A stretch of DNA of 64,000 nt, from NCBI RefSeq assembly GCF_963974835.1, contig NZ_CAXBET010000009.1, forward strand, positions 103,424 through 167,423. The letters are read 5' to 3'. Origin of the DNA: an uncultured Algoriphagus sp. GTDB lineage: Bacteria; Bacteroidota; Bacteroidia; Cytophagales; Cyclobacteriaceae. A program made the translations under genes and the position numbers. This document shows, piece by piece, positions 49,753 through 59,646 of this stretch; the stretch's first letter is position 1; each line of letters starts with the position of its first letter. Under the pieces are notes generated by a model that saw only the letters and a list, made by a program, of their open reading frames with translations, ran no database searches and was not told the origin of the DNA.

Positions 49753-52473
49753 TTATAGTACCTGTAATGTCCGAGTTTGCTTTTCCTCTGTCCCGTAGAC
49801 GGAATTTCTGAGCATAATCACAACCAAATAGCTACCGGTAGGAACGTATTTTCCATTAGATTTACCATCCCACGATAATATTGGAGTTTCCACCGGAATG
49901 TCGGTGGCAAGATTATGGTAAATTAGTTCTCCTTGACGATTTAATATAAACAGCTCTGCTTTACTAATCCCCTCACTCATCAGAACTCTAAAATCCTTGT
50001 TAGGATTACCTAAAATCATTGCATTTGGATAGACTACCTGATAATCACATACTACATATGTTGTGAAACTATCTTCAAATTCACATCCCTCTTTTGTAGT
50101 CACTATTAATCGATAATTGCCAATTTGATCTGGCTTATAAAGTCGATCCATAGATACCAATTGATCTTCTAAATACCATTGATACAATTCAAACTCTCCC
50201 GGGTCTATAGGGCTTATACTATTTTTCATAGTACATACGGGATACTTATCCTCTAAATCCAGAAGGGTGTATTGTGGGGTGACTTCAACAGAAATTACAT
50301 TTCTTCCAATCTCACATCCCCGCTTATTATAGCCAACCACTTCATAGGTTCCGCTAGATTTAACCTGAACTTCGAAAAGATCATCAAACTCTACCTTTTC
50401 CTCGCGATTGTTTGCTTGATCATAATAAATCCATTCTGTAGATAGCACTTCATCTAGATCAGTAGACAAAGAAATAGTAACTGCCTCCAGGTCGGTGCAT
50501 GATTGACCTGTTCCCAAATCCATTGGGACAGAATTGATAGGTGCTATTACCTCAAATTCCACTGGCTCCGCAGGACAAAATCCACTTCCTGTGGGTGAAA
50601 CAATCAACGAAAACTTTCCAATTGAGGGAGGATAAAATTGCCTACTTCTGCCAACAATAGTCCCATCAGAATTCAGCCACCTTATATTAACTTTATTAAG
50701 ATTTATACCTTCCAATTCTATTCCGTATCTGATTGGGTCGAAGCATTTATCTTCTATAAAAACAGGCCTATAAGTAAATGGTGAAAGCAAAGTCGCCTGA
50801 AAGTTTATTTTTTTTGCACACAATAGTGAATTGGGATCTATTGGCTTTGCCAAAAGAGAATAATTTCCACCCTCAGTTAAGTTGAACCCTTCTCCGCTCT
50901 TTACTGACTCTACCTTTCCTCCAGGATGAGTCAATGTGAAGAGCAGCTCTTCTTCCGAAGCAGGAGCAAGATAGAATGATTCGCAAATTGTGATTGCTGA
51001 TGGAATGCTGAAATCTACCTGTGGGTTATTGAGAATAGAAATTTTCTCGGTTGGAAAAGTGCATCCTTCAATAATCACTTCGAGAAGATAATCTCCGGAA
51101 TTTAATTCTACCTCAAATTTTCCACTTACAGGAATAGCTCCTGATTTCACCGTTCCATTAGTCGATGAGAGTATGCGGTATTCACCATTTTCAATTGACT
51201 CTCCAAAATCCACATTAACATAACCTGGATTTACTCCATTTACTGTACATATCTCATTCTCTTTGCTGATAGTCCAGTTTGGTTTGTAAGGAGTTGAGGT
51301 ACCAGAGAGATTTTCAGACTTTAGCTGAATAAGCTCAGTTGAAGTGCAGCCATTTGCTAAATATTTGACAAGATATGTTTTTGCTTTAAGATCATTAAAA
51401 GTGAAAATCTGCCCTTTGGTGATGTTAGTTTTGGAAAAATCGAGTTCAGCTATTGACAGAGACTCCAAATCCGAACTTGCTTTCACTTGAAAAACTCCAT
51501 TTTTAATATAGCATGCATCCGGTTGCTCCAGTATCTCTATCTCGATTTCAGGAGCTTGGACTATTTCAAACTCTATTTTTCTTTCAGACGGACAATCGGG
51601 ATAATCAAAACTTGGGATTCTCACACTCACTTCATAAAATCCGGTCCCAGACAATTCCGATGAGGATATATTGATGCCAAATGCAGTTCCTAGTTTCACC
51701 TTTTCACCATTGGGCAGTTTCCGGATATAATACTCGCCAGTTAAGGGGACATCAGTAGATATATTTATACTTCCCCCTTCGCATACTTTAGTTGCTGACT
51801 TTGTAATTTGAAAATCTATTGCCGGACCAACATAGGTAGATCCGTTCACAGTACATGTTTGACTGCCTCCCGGATTTTGAAGATATAAATCGACTAAATA
51901 ATAGCCCGCTTTAGTAGCAGTAAAGGTATTACCACTTCCCAACACCTTTCTGTTAGCATCCATCCAGGTAATGGTATAATTTTCAATATTAAGTGTATTA
52001 GGATCTAATGCGGTAAGCGATACAGGGTTGTCTCCACAAAGTAAGTAATCTGGAAGAAGAGAAAGCTTAGGACCATTTTGAACTCTGACGCTCATTTGCT
52101 CCTGGTAAAAATCAGAATTTGTTCCACGACGTATTTTAAGGAAAACAGTATATTCTCCAATCTCGGAGAAAGCAAATTTTATCGTCTCAAATTGCTCACC
52201 ACCGCTTCTTTTATATAACTCTTCCCCTGTAGATTTTACTATTCTCCATTCATACACATCTTCTGGATCACCACCTGCACTGTAAATGCCGATGGTATTG
52301 CCCAACACCATGCATATTTCAGAATCACCAACTAGATTGGGAGTCGATGCATTTGAAATTTCTTTATTTTGAAACTGAACTGAGGAAGCTTGGATTGATG
52401 GGTAATAACCAAGAAATAAGTACAGAAATAGCGTAGCAATCTTACCGAAGGTAAATAGGTAATTTCTTTTCAC
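49753..52473 (-). CDS. T9SS type-B (gliding motility-associated) CTD surface protein with Cys-paired Ig-like repeats
   Basis: Signal peptide; C-terminal YPNA...FILNRQGELIY...WDGKSNGKYVPTGSY (CHU_C/TIGR04131 pattern); repeated 'YxWY/W...G.Y.V.V...GC' units. Confidence 0.85.
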   Translation of the reverse strand: MKRNYLFTFGKIATLFLYLFLGYYPSIQASSVQFQNKEISNASTPNLVGDSEICMVLGNTIGIYSAGGDPEDVYEWRIVKSTGEELYKRSGGEQFETIKFAFSEIGEYTVFLKIRRGTNSDFYQEQMSVRVQNGPKLSLLPDYLLCGDNPVSLTALDPNTLNIENYTITWMDANRKVLGSGNTFTATKAGYYLVDLYLQNPGGSQTCTVNGSTYVGPAIDFQITKSATKVCEGGSINISTDVPLTGEYYIRKLPNGEKVKLGTAFGINISSSELSGTGFYEVSVRIPSFDYPDCPSERKIEFEIVQAPEIEIEILEQPDACYIKNGVFQVKASSDLESLSIAELDFSKTNITKGQIFTFNDLKAKTYLVKYLANGCTSTELIQLKSENLSGTSTPYKPNWTISKENEICTVNGVNPGYVNVDFGESIENGEYRILSSTNGTVKSGAIPVSGKFEVELNSGDYLLEVIIEGCTFPTEKISILNNPQVDFSIPSAITICESFYLAPASEEELLFTLTHPGGKVESVKSGEGFNLTEGGNYSLLAKPIDPNSLLCAKKINFQATLLSPFTYRPVFIEDKCFDPIRYGIELEGINLNKVNIRWLNSDGTIVGRSRQFYPPSIGKFSLIVSPTGSGFCPAEPVEFEVIAPINSVPMDLGTGQSCTDLEAVTISLSTDLDEVLSTEWIYYDQANNREEKVEFDDLFEVQVKSSGTYEVVGYNKRGCEIGRNVISVEVTPQYTLLDLEDKYPVCTMKNSISPIDPGEFELYQWYLEDQLVSMDRLYKPDQIGNYRLIVTTKEGCEFEDSFTTYVVCDYQVVYPNAMILGNPNKDFRVLMSEGISKAELFILNRQGELIYHNLATDIPVETPILSWDGKSNGKYVPTGSYLVVIMLRNSVYGTEEKQTRTLQVL

Positions 52474-52794
52474 GTTGGTTTAATAATGCTGGTTGACTGC
52501 TAATTTAACACAGCTTTACTAAAGCATTGATAATTAAGGATACACACCAAAATACCTGATACATAGATCAAAAAAATGGTGGGATTATTTTATTTATTAG
52601 TCAAAAAAAAATGATCTAAAAATTAATATCATAGTTAATCAAGTTTTTGATCATCTTATCAGTCAGCTCTTAGTTAATTCTCAAACTTGTATTTCGCAAT
52701 TTAAAATCCCACTAGCGATTGGTGAGAAAGGTGCTGACAGACGCAAAAGTTATTAGCAGCTATTAAGTTCAATTTTGTTTCCCTATCACATAAC

Positions 52795-52823
52795 AAAAAA
52801 CCGCTCCATTTCGGGAGCGGTTT
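52795..52823 (-). terminator. Intrinsic terminator of speA
   Basis: AAACCGCTCC-ATTTCG-GGAGCGGTTT stem with T run on the minus strand. Confidence 0.85.
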
Positions 52824-52829
52824 CCAATT

Positions 52830-54215
52830 TTAGTAGCCTAAAGTCTTTAACATGCTTTCTTCTGTCTGGTCATCAGCGAAAAGTCGGTGTGTGACATTTC
52901 CATTTTCGTCCCTATCTATCAGCACATGCTTAGGGGCCGGAATCAAGCAATGTTGAATTCCTCCATATCCACCTAAAGATTCCTGGTAAGCTCCTGTGTG
53001 GAAAAACCCTAAATACTGCACTTTCTCCTCTGGTTTTGGTAGGTAAATATTGTATTGGTGAGCCTCTGAATTGTAATAATCCATGCTATCGCAGGTCAAA
53101 CCACCAAGGTTGATGTTGTGATATTCAGCGTCCCAGTTATTCACAGCGAGCATGATATATTTCTGATTAAGTCCCCAGCTATCTGGTAGTTGGGTGATAA
53201 ATGACCCATCGATCATATACCAAAGCTCCTTATCGTTTTGCAGCTTTTCTTCCAAAACAGAATAAAGTACAGCACCGCTCTCTCCTACTGTGTAACTACC
53301 AAATTCTGTAAAAATATTTGGCTCCTCGGCATTGTTTTTACCGCACATCCACTTGATATTTTTCACGATTTGCTCCGCCATATACTGGTAATCATAATCG
53401 AAAAAAACATTGGTCTTGATCGGCCATCCGCCACCAATATCCATCGTGTCCAATGATGGTGCTATTTTTTTCAGGTCCACATATTTCTGGATAAAACGTG
53501 TCAATTCTGACCAGTAATACGCCGTATCTCTGATTCCTGAATTGATAAAGAAGTGAAGCATTTTCAGGCTTACATTCGGATTATCCTTGATTTTATCTTC
53601 GTAAAGCTTGATGATGTCATTGTATCTCACACCAAGTCTAGAGGTGTAAAAACCGAATTTTGGTTCCTCATCTGCAGCAATTCTGATCCCAACTTGGAAA
53701 GGCACTTTTACATGCTCTAAGTAATAGTCGATCTCAGTCAAATTATCCAAAATCGGCACACAGTTTACAAAACCGTCATTCAATAACTCAGTAATGTATT
53801 GCTTGTAAAGCTCACGCTTAAAGCCATTACAAACGATAAACGTATTCTTAGTGATTTTACCTTGAGCATAGAGACTTCTCACCAAAGGGATATCGAAAGT
53901 CGAGGAAGTCTCGATATGAATATCATTTTTCAGTGCTTCATTCAGCACAAAACTAAAATGGGATGACTTGGTACAATAGCAGTAAGTGTATTTTCCTTTA
54001 TAGTCATGCTGCTCCATCGCATTCTTAAAATACGTTTTCGCATTCTGAATACTTTCGGAGATTTTCGGCAAATAGGAAAGCTTAAGCGGAGTTCCATAGG
54101 TTTTAATGATCTCCATCATATTCACTCCATTGAAATGCAGTTCATTGTTTTCCACTTTAAATTCCTTTGTAGGAAAATCAAATGTCTGTTCAATCAGATC
54201 TTTGTACGTATTCAT
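52830..54215 (-). CDS. speA: Arginine decarboxylase (fold III, Bacteroidota type)
   Basis: YCYCTKSSH (PLP Lys), CNGFK, DIGGG, TEFGSYTVG, LTCDSMDYY, TGAYQESLGG. Confidence 0.9.
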   Translation of the reverse strand: MNTYKDLIEQTFDFPTKEFKVENNELHFNGVNMMEIIKTYGTPLKLSYLPKISESIQNAKTYFKNAMEQHDYKGKYTYCYCTKSSHFSFVLNEALKNDIHIETSSTFDIPLVRSLYAQGKITKNTFIVCNGFKRELYKQYITELLNDGFVNCVPILDNLTEIDYYLEHVKVPFQVGIRIAADEEPKFGFYTSRLGVRYNDIIKLYEDKIKDNPNVSLKMLHFFINSGIRDTAYYWSELTRFIQKYVDLKKIAPSLDTMDIGGGWPIKTNVFFDYDYQYMAEQIVKNIKWMCGKNNAEEPNIFTEFGSYTVGESGAVLYSVLEEKLQNDKELWYMIDGSFITQLPDSWGLNQKYIMLAVNNWDAEYHNINLGGLTCDSMDYYNSEAHQYNIYLPKPEEKVQYLGFFHTGAYQESLGGYGGIQHCLIPAPKHVLIDRDENGNVTHRLFADDQTEESMLKTLGY

Positions 54216-54277
54216 CAGCAAAAATAATTGGTGTTAAAGCCCTGCAAAAATTACCTTTTATTGGGGGAATTCAAATG

Positions 54278-54307
54278 AAAAAGGGACAAATCCCTTAAGA
54301 CTGTCCC
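54278..54307 (-). terminator. Probable intrinsic terminator after the 54345..54767 ORF
   Basis: GGGACA...TGTCCC stem followed by TTTTT on the minus strand. Confidence 0.55.
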
Positions 54308-54344
54308 AATATTAGTTAATAGTAATGATTTGTTAATTTCTCTC

Positions 54345-54767
54345 TCAAGCCATCATAGCATTGTGAAGCAGAAATTGCTCAGATCTAAAACGGTTTCTAT
54401 TGATAATTACCTCTTTTAAAATCTTCTTAAACTTCACTTCCTTTTGAAGGACCAGAACCAATTCTGAAAAAAACTGGGTTACTTCAGTTTGATTGACTTC
54501 GGGATAGTAAAAGTATACTGCTTTCTCCACTGAAGAAAACCTCAAATTCAAGCTTTTAGGCTTTCCTGCTTCACTCAAACCTCTAAATAGCGGATATAGA
54601 TTTTCAAATTTCTCTTCAAACTTGCACATTCCCTGCATTACCATTCCTGATTTTTGATTGAAAATCTTAACGATTTCCTGCTGATTAACAGAAATTTTAG
54701 AGAAGCCATTGGCTAAACTGATCACTTGATGTGATGGTGAAGGACTTGTCTGTGGTAATGCGCTCAT
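54345..54767 (-). CDS. Hypothetical protein
   Basis: Clean ORF; a -7 box TATCTTTG at 54798-54805 places the start at ATG 54767, not 54800. Confidence 0.7.
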   Translation of the reverse strand: MSALPQTSPSPSHQVISLANGFSKISVNQQEIVKIFNQKSGMVMQGMCKFEEKFENLYPLFRGLSEAGKPKSLNLRFSSVEKAVYFYYPEVNQTEVTQFFSELVLVLQKEVKFKKILKEVIINRNRFRSEQFLLHNAMMA

Positions 54768-54902
54768 TTTTGTGTCTTTTAGAATGTAACAACGCATCAA
54801 AGATAGAAGAGTTATTTTTATTATCCCACATTCCCTATAATTTTTATAGGGTTATAAACATATTTAACAACAGCTTAATGTTAAATACCTATTTTTTCAA
54901 CA

Positions 54903-56051
54903 CTAGAACCTTATTCCTTTTAATTTATCCAGTGCGGCATTCAAATCTGACTCCTCCTTTGCGAAGCAAAATCGCAGAATTTTATGATCTTTTTTGTCAG
55001 AGAAAAAGACTGAGATAGGAATGCTTGCTACCCCAATTTCTTTGGTAAGTCTAACCGCTAAGTCATAATCAGATTCTTGGGAAAGATGCCCATAGGATAC
55101 CATTTGGAAGAAACTTCCTTGAGCTGGAGTGAATACAAAAAGAGTTTTTTTAAGCCCTTCACAGAATATATCTCTCTTTTGCTGGTAAAAGTCTGGAAGT
55201 GAAAAATAGCGTGAAGGTTTAGACATATAATCTGCTAAGGCATACTGTAAAGGCGTCGCAGTACTAAAGGTCAAAAACTGGTGAACCTTTCTAAACTCCT
55301 CCGTAAGTTGCGGAGGCGCAAGGCAATAGCCAATTTTCCAACCAGTAACATGAAAAGTCTTTCCAAAAGACCCACACACAAAGGTCCTTTCTCTCAATAG
55401 AGGCTGAGTCAAAAGCGAAAGATGTTTCCGACCATCGAAGGTGATGTGCTCATAAACTTCATCACTTACTACAAAAATATCTCTGTCCTCAATCAATTCA
55501 GCAAGCGTATTTAGATCCTCTTGAGTCCACACATAGCCACTTGGATTATGCGGTGTATTCACCATGATTAATCTTGTCTTATCGGTGATTGCTGATTTCA
55601 CCTTTTCCCAATCCACCGAGAAATGAGGCATTTCAAGCGGGACATAGACTGGTATTCCCCCATTTAATTTCACCGAAGGTGCATAGGAATCATAAGCAGG
55701 ATCAAAAAGAATGACCTCATCTCCGAGCTTTACGACAGCAGTTACTGCAGCATATAGCGCCTCGGTAGCTCCGGAAGCCACCGTTACTTCAGTTTCTGAA
55801 TTCAATTCAACATCATATACCAACTTAGTTTTTTCAGCAATTCGCTCACGAAAAACCCGGATACCACTCATTGGCGCATACTGATTAAATCCGGCCTTCA
55901 TGTACTTATTTACCAAATCGAGTAATTCGGGATCACATTCAAAACCTGGATAACCCTGCGATAGATTAATCGCTCCACAATCACTTGCGAGCTTTGACAT
56001 CACGGTAAAAATGGTAGTTCCTACTTCAGGAAGTTTAGATGAAATCGACAT
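54903..56051 (-). CDS. Methionine aminotransferase YbdL-like (class I/II PLP)
   Basis: SKLPEVGTTIFTVMS, NLSQGYP, NTPHNPSG, SDEVYEH, SFGKTFHVTGWKIGY. Confidence 0.92.
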   Translation of the reverse strand: MSISSKLPEVGTTIFTVMSKLASDCGAINLSQGYPGFECDPELLDLVNKYMKAGFNQYAPMSGIRVFRERIAEKTKLVYDVELNSETEVTVASGATEALYAAVTAVVKLGDEVILFDPAYDSYAPSVKLNGGIPVYVPLEMPHFSVDWEKVKSAITDKTRLIMVNTPHNPSGYVWTQEDLNTLAELIEDRDIFVVSDEVYEHITFDGRKHLSLLTQPLLRERTFVCGSFGKTFHVTGWKIGYCLAPPQLTEEFRKVHQFLTFSTATPLQYALADYMSKPSRYFSLPDFYQQKRDIFCEGLKKTLFVFTPAQGSFFQMVSYGHLSQESDYDLAVRLTKEIGVASIPISVFFSDKKDHKILRFCFAKEESDLNAALDKLKGIRF

Positions 56052-56098
56052 ACATCAAAACTATTGATTTTGAGATAAAATCTTATAATTAGTGTTGA

Positions 56099-56215
56099 TT
56101 TCGCGCAGATTGACGAAGAAGAATACAGCGGATTTAATTGATAAGATATTTGAATTTAATCGACAATCATATCTGAAGAAGTTAGCGAAAATTGTCTTCG
56201 ATCATTTGCGGGAAA
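56099..56215. repeat. Degenerate solo palindromic element (CGCAGAT-type units)
   Basis: Left arm TTTCGCGCAGATTGACGAAGA versus reverse complement of right arm TTTCCCGCAAATGATCGAAGA: 16 of 21 positions match. Confidence 0.6.
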
Positions 56216-56374
56216 AACTTCATAATAATAAATCCTCGCCTTTGAATTATTGAAAAGTGAACTCTGTCTTTTCTCAATTGTCTTTTGGTACTTGAAAATT
56301 GATCATTTAAAGGCATTTTTAGCTACTTTTGCCACGCTTCAAGCAACCCAATATAACTTTAAATTATTCTTCGA

Positions 56375-57325
56375 ATGCGTGATATAAAATTAGTAGAAGT
56401 ACGGTCTGAGATTGCTGCGGGAACCCGGGGAGCGAGTATGGGAATCGATGCTTTGAAGATTGCCAGCTTAGATAAAAAGTCTGATTTCTTCACTCAGTTT
56501 GATCCAATCAACGTTCCCGATGCTAATAACTATCTCTGGAAAGGAAATAATTTCCCCCATGCTAAATACATCGATGGCGTTTATCAAGTGCTAAAAAATG
56601 TCTATTCCACTATCGAGTCTTTGAGAATGGAAAAGAAGTTTCCCATCGTTTTGGCAGGAGATCATAGCACGGCAGCTGGCACAATCATGGGAATTAAAGC
56701 AGCTGACCCTGAAAAGCGTCTAGGCGTAATTTGGATTGACGCACACGCTGATTTGCACACCCCATTTACAACGCCTTCCGGAAATATGCACGGCATGCCG
56801 TTGGCAATGGTTTCCCAATTGGACAACATGGATTGTCAGGTTAATGAACCCTCAGAAGAGACTTTGGCAATCTGGAAACGGATAAAAACCATAGGTGGTG
56901 AATCTCCTAAAATTGATCCTAGGGATATTGTCTTTATCACGGTTCGAGATACGGAAGCTCCGGAAGATCACCTAATCAAAAATTATGGAATTAAAAACTT
57001 CAGCACCAAAGAAGTTCGCTCCAAGGGAATTGATCAAATCTCATCTGAAGCTCTGGAAACATTGAAAGATTGTGATCAAATCTATATTTCATTCGATGTG
57101 GATAGCTTGGACAGTTCTATTTCTGTTGGTACTGGAACTCCCGTTCCTGATGGATTAACTGTGCAGGAAGCAATAGAATTAAACGTCAAACTTATCCAAG
57201 ATAAGCGGGTCTGCTGTTGGGAAATTGTCGAGGTGAATCCTACGCTTGACTCTGAAAATGTGATGGCTGAAAACGCCTTTGAAGTTCTAGAGGCAACTGT
57301 TAAGTCTTTGGTGGATAATTTTTAA
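56375..57325 (+). CDS. rocF: Arginase
   Basis: AGDHS, WIDAHADLHT, SGNMHGMP (arginase-type), SFDVDSLD, EVNP. Confidence 0.92.
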   Translation: MRDIKLVEVRSEIAAGTRGASMGIDALKIASLDKKSDFFTQFDPINVPDANNYLWKGNNFPHAKYIDGVYQVLKNVYSTIESLRMEKKFPIVLAGDHSTAAGTIMGIKAADPEKRLGVIWIDAHADLHTPFTTPSGNMHGMPLAMVSQLDNMDCQVNEPSEETLAIWKRIKTIGGESPKIDPRDIVFITVRDTEAPEDHLIKNYGIKNFSTKEVRSKGIDQISSEALETLKDCDQIYISFDVDSLDSSISVGTGTPVPDGLTVQEAIELNVKLIQDKRVCCWEIVEVNPTLDSENVMAENAFEVLEATVKSLVDNF

Positions 57326-57330
57326 TTTTA

Positions 57331-57849
57331 TAAACCGCGGAGTGCGCGGAGTTTTACGCAGAGACACTGAGAAAAAACAATTATGATTGACGAAGATCTC
57401 ATACTTGAAAATGAACTTGCCACAAGAGTTATTGGTATAGCTATAGATGTCCATCGTCAATTAGGGCCTGGACTTTTAGAGAATGCATATAAGCAAGTTT
57501 TGGCCTATAAACTCCAGAAAGCTGGTATTTTTGTAGAAGTAGAGAAAAAAATGCCTTTGTTAGTTGATGATATTAAGTTAGATGTTGGCTACACAATTGA
57601 TATTTTAGTGGAAAAAAAATTAGTTTTGGAATTAAAATCAGTCGAAATACTTAACGACGTTCATTTTGCCCAAACTCTTAACTACGTAAAAATCGGGAAA
57701 TTCAAATTGGGTTTGCTTATTAATTTTAATGTTTCCCAACTTAAATATGGAATTCAAAGGGTTGCTAATACAAAACCCAAAATATAATCCAATAACATAA
57801 CATGAATCAATTGCGCCCTCTGCGAAATCTTTGCGTGCTCTGCGGTTAA
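57331..57849 (+). mobile_element. Putative GxxExxY cassette bounded by ~40-bp modular inverted repeats
   Basis: Left arm 57331-57371 TAAACCGCGGAGTGCGCGGAGTTTTACGCAGAGACACTGAG; reverse complement of right arm 57811-57849 TTAACCGCAGAGCACGCAAAGATTTCGCAGAGGGCGCAA; one ORF between them. Confidence 0.6.
57383..57787 (+). CDS. GxxExxY protein (PD-(D/E)xK nuclease superfamily)
   Basis: VHRQLGPGLLENAY (GxxExxY), IDILVE and ELKSV catalytic motifs, QTLNY, GLLINF. Confidence 0.95.
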   Translation: MIDEDLILENELATRVIGIAIDVHRQLGPGLLENAYKQVLAYKLQKAGIFVEVEKKMPLLVDDIKLDVGYTIDILVEKKLVLELKSVEILNDVHFAQTLNYVKIGKFKLGLLINFNVSQLKYGIQRVANTKPKI

Positions 57850-57855
57850 AAAAAT

Positions 57856-59646
57856 ATGAACATACAAGAATCAATACATAACGGCATTCAGCTTGCCTTT
57901 CAGAATATATTCAACCACGACCTTCCGTTGGACCAGATCAGCCTCGCTCCTACGCGAAAGGAATTTGAAGGAACTTACACCTTTGTGGTTTTTCCTTACC
58001 TGAAAGTTTCGAAAGCAACTCCTGAAGCTACGGCAAATCTGATAGGAGAATACCTAAAGGAAAATGTAGCTGAAGTTGCCGGTTTCAATGTGGTTAAAGG
58101 ATTTCTGAATCTCGAATTGAACAACATGATTTGGGTGGACGTATTCCAAAAACTTATTGCCAACGAAAATGTAGGCCAACTTCCTGCAAATGGTCAAAAA
58201 GTAATGGTAGAATATTCTTCTCCAAACACCAACAAACCACTTCACCTTGGTCACTTGAGAAATAACTTCTTGGGTTTCTCAGTAGCAAATATCCTGGAAG
58301 CAAATGGCTATGAAGTCATCAAAGCCAACCTTGTAAATGATCGCGGAATCCACATTTGTAAATCAATGGTGGCTTATCAGCATTTCGGCAATGCCGAAAC
58401 TCCTGAGTCTTCAGGATTGAAGGGCGATCACTTAGCAGGTAAGTATTATGTGATTTTTGATGAAAAATATAAGGAGCAAATAGCTGAACTGAAGGCACAA
58501 GGACAATCCGAAGATGATGCCAAAAAGAACGCTCATCTCTTCCTGGAAGCTCAGGAAATGCTTCGCAAATGGGAAGCAAATGATGAGGAAGTTGTTTCTC
58601 TTTGGAAGCAAATGAATACTTGGGTTTACGCCGGTTTCGAAAAGACTTACCAGCGCATGGGAGTGAGTTTCGACAAGTATTACTACGAGTCTGACACCTA
58701 TTTATTAGGTAAGGATATCGTAACTGAAGGATTGGATAAAGGAGTATTTTTTAAGAAAGAAAATGGCTCTGTTTGGGTGGATTTGACAGATGAAGGACTG
58801 GACGAAAAGCTGGTACTTCGAGGAGATGGCACTTCTGTTTACATCACGCAGGATATGGGAACAGCTGATCTTAAGTATGATGATTTCGGAATAAGTAAAT
58901 CCGTATATGTAGTTGGTAATGAACAAGATTACCACTTCGATGTCTTGTTTAAGATCATGCGAAAACTTGGTCGTCCTTATGGCGAAGGTTTGTACCATTT
59001 GTCTTATGGTATGGTTGATCTACCGACAGGAAAAATGAAGTCACGGGAAGGTACCGTAGTTGATGCCGATGACCTGATGCAAGAGATGGTTGACACTGCT
59101 GAGCAGCATACCAAAGAGTTGGGTAAAATCGATGGTTTCAATAAGGAGCAGGCAGCTGAACTCTATGAAACACTTGGAATGGGTGCTTTGAAATATTTCC
59201 TTCTGAAAGTTGACCCGAAGAAGCGCATGCTTTTCAACCCACAGGAGTCCATAGAATTCCAAGGAAATACTGGGCCATTTATTCAGTATTCACACGCACG
59301 TATTGCATCTATTTTGAGAAAAGCCGTTCAAATCGGAGTAGATTACAAGCAAGCTGATTTCTCAAAACTTACCAAAGTTGAAGAGTCAGAATCAAGTTTG
59401 ATTTATCTTCTCAATGATTTTGAAAAAAAGATTTCTCAAGCTGGAGCTGATTATTCCCCTGCTATTTTGGCACAATACCTTTTCGATTTAGCCAAGGAAT
59501 ACAATAGATTCTATGCAGATCTTCCTATATTTCTGGAATGTGACCCAACAATTCTTGCTTTCCGAGTAGCGCTTTCGGCTCACACTGCCAAAACACTTAA
59601 AAAAGGAATGCAACTGCTTGGAATTGCCGTACCTGAACGAATGTAA
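57856..59646 (+). CDS. argS: Arginine--tRNA ligase
   Basis: SSPNTNKPLHLGHLRN (HIGH), KMKSREG (KMSKS), GNTGPFIQYSHAR. Confidence 0.97.
   Translation: MNIQESIHNGIQLAFQNIFNHDLPLDQISLAPTRKEFEGTYTFVVFPYLKVSKATPEATANLIGEYLKENVAEVAGFNVVKGFLNLELNNMIWVDVFQKLIANENVGQLPANGQKVMVEYSSPNTNKPLHLGHLRNNFLGFSVANILEANGYEVIKANLVNDRGIHICKSMVAYQHFGNAETPESSGLKGDHLAGKYYVIFDEKYKEQIAELKAQGQSEDDAKKNAHLFLEAQEMLRKWEANDEEVVSLWKQMNTWVYAGFEKTYQRMGVSFDKYYYESDTYLLGKDIVTEGLDKGVFFKKENGSVWVDLTDEGLDEKLVLRGDGTSVYITQDMGTADLKYDDFGISKSVYVVGNEQDYHFDVLFKIMRKLGRPYGEGLYHLSYGMVDLPTGKMKSREGTVVDADDLMQEMVDTAEQHTKELGKIDGFNKEQAAELYETLGMGALKYFLLKVDPKKRMLFNPQESIEFQGNTGPFIQYSHARIASILRKAVQIGVDYKQADFSKLTKVEESESSLIYLLNDFEKKISQAGADYSPAILAQYLFDLAKEYNRFYADLPIFLECDPTILAFRVALSAHTAKTLKKGMQLLGIAVPERM

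Noticed and set aside
52696-52770. c-di-GMP-I riboswitch-like GACGCAAAAG string
   Set aside because: The surrounding P1/P2/P3 helices do not form, and there is no downstream plus-strand gene to regulate.
56375-57325. Agmatinase (speB) call because speA is nearby
   Set aside because: The SGNMHGMP motif is arginase-type, so it is kept as arginase.
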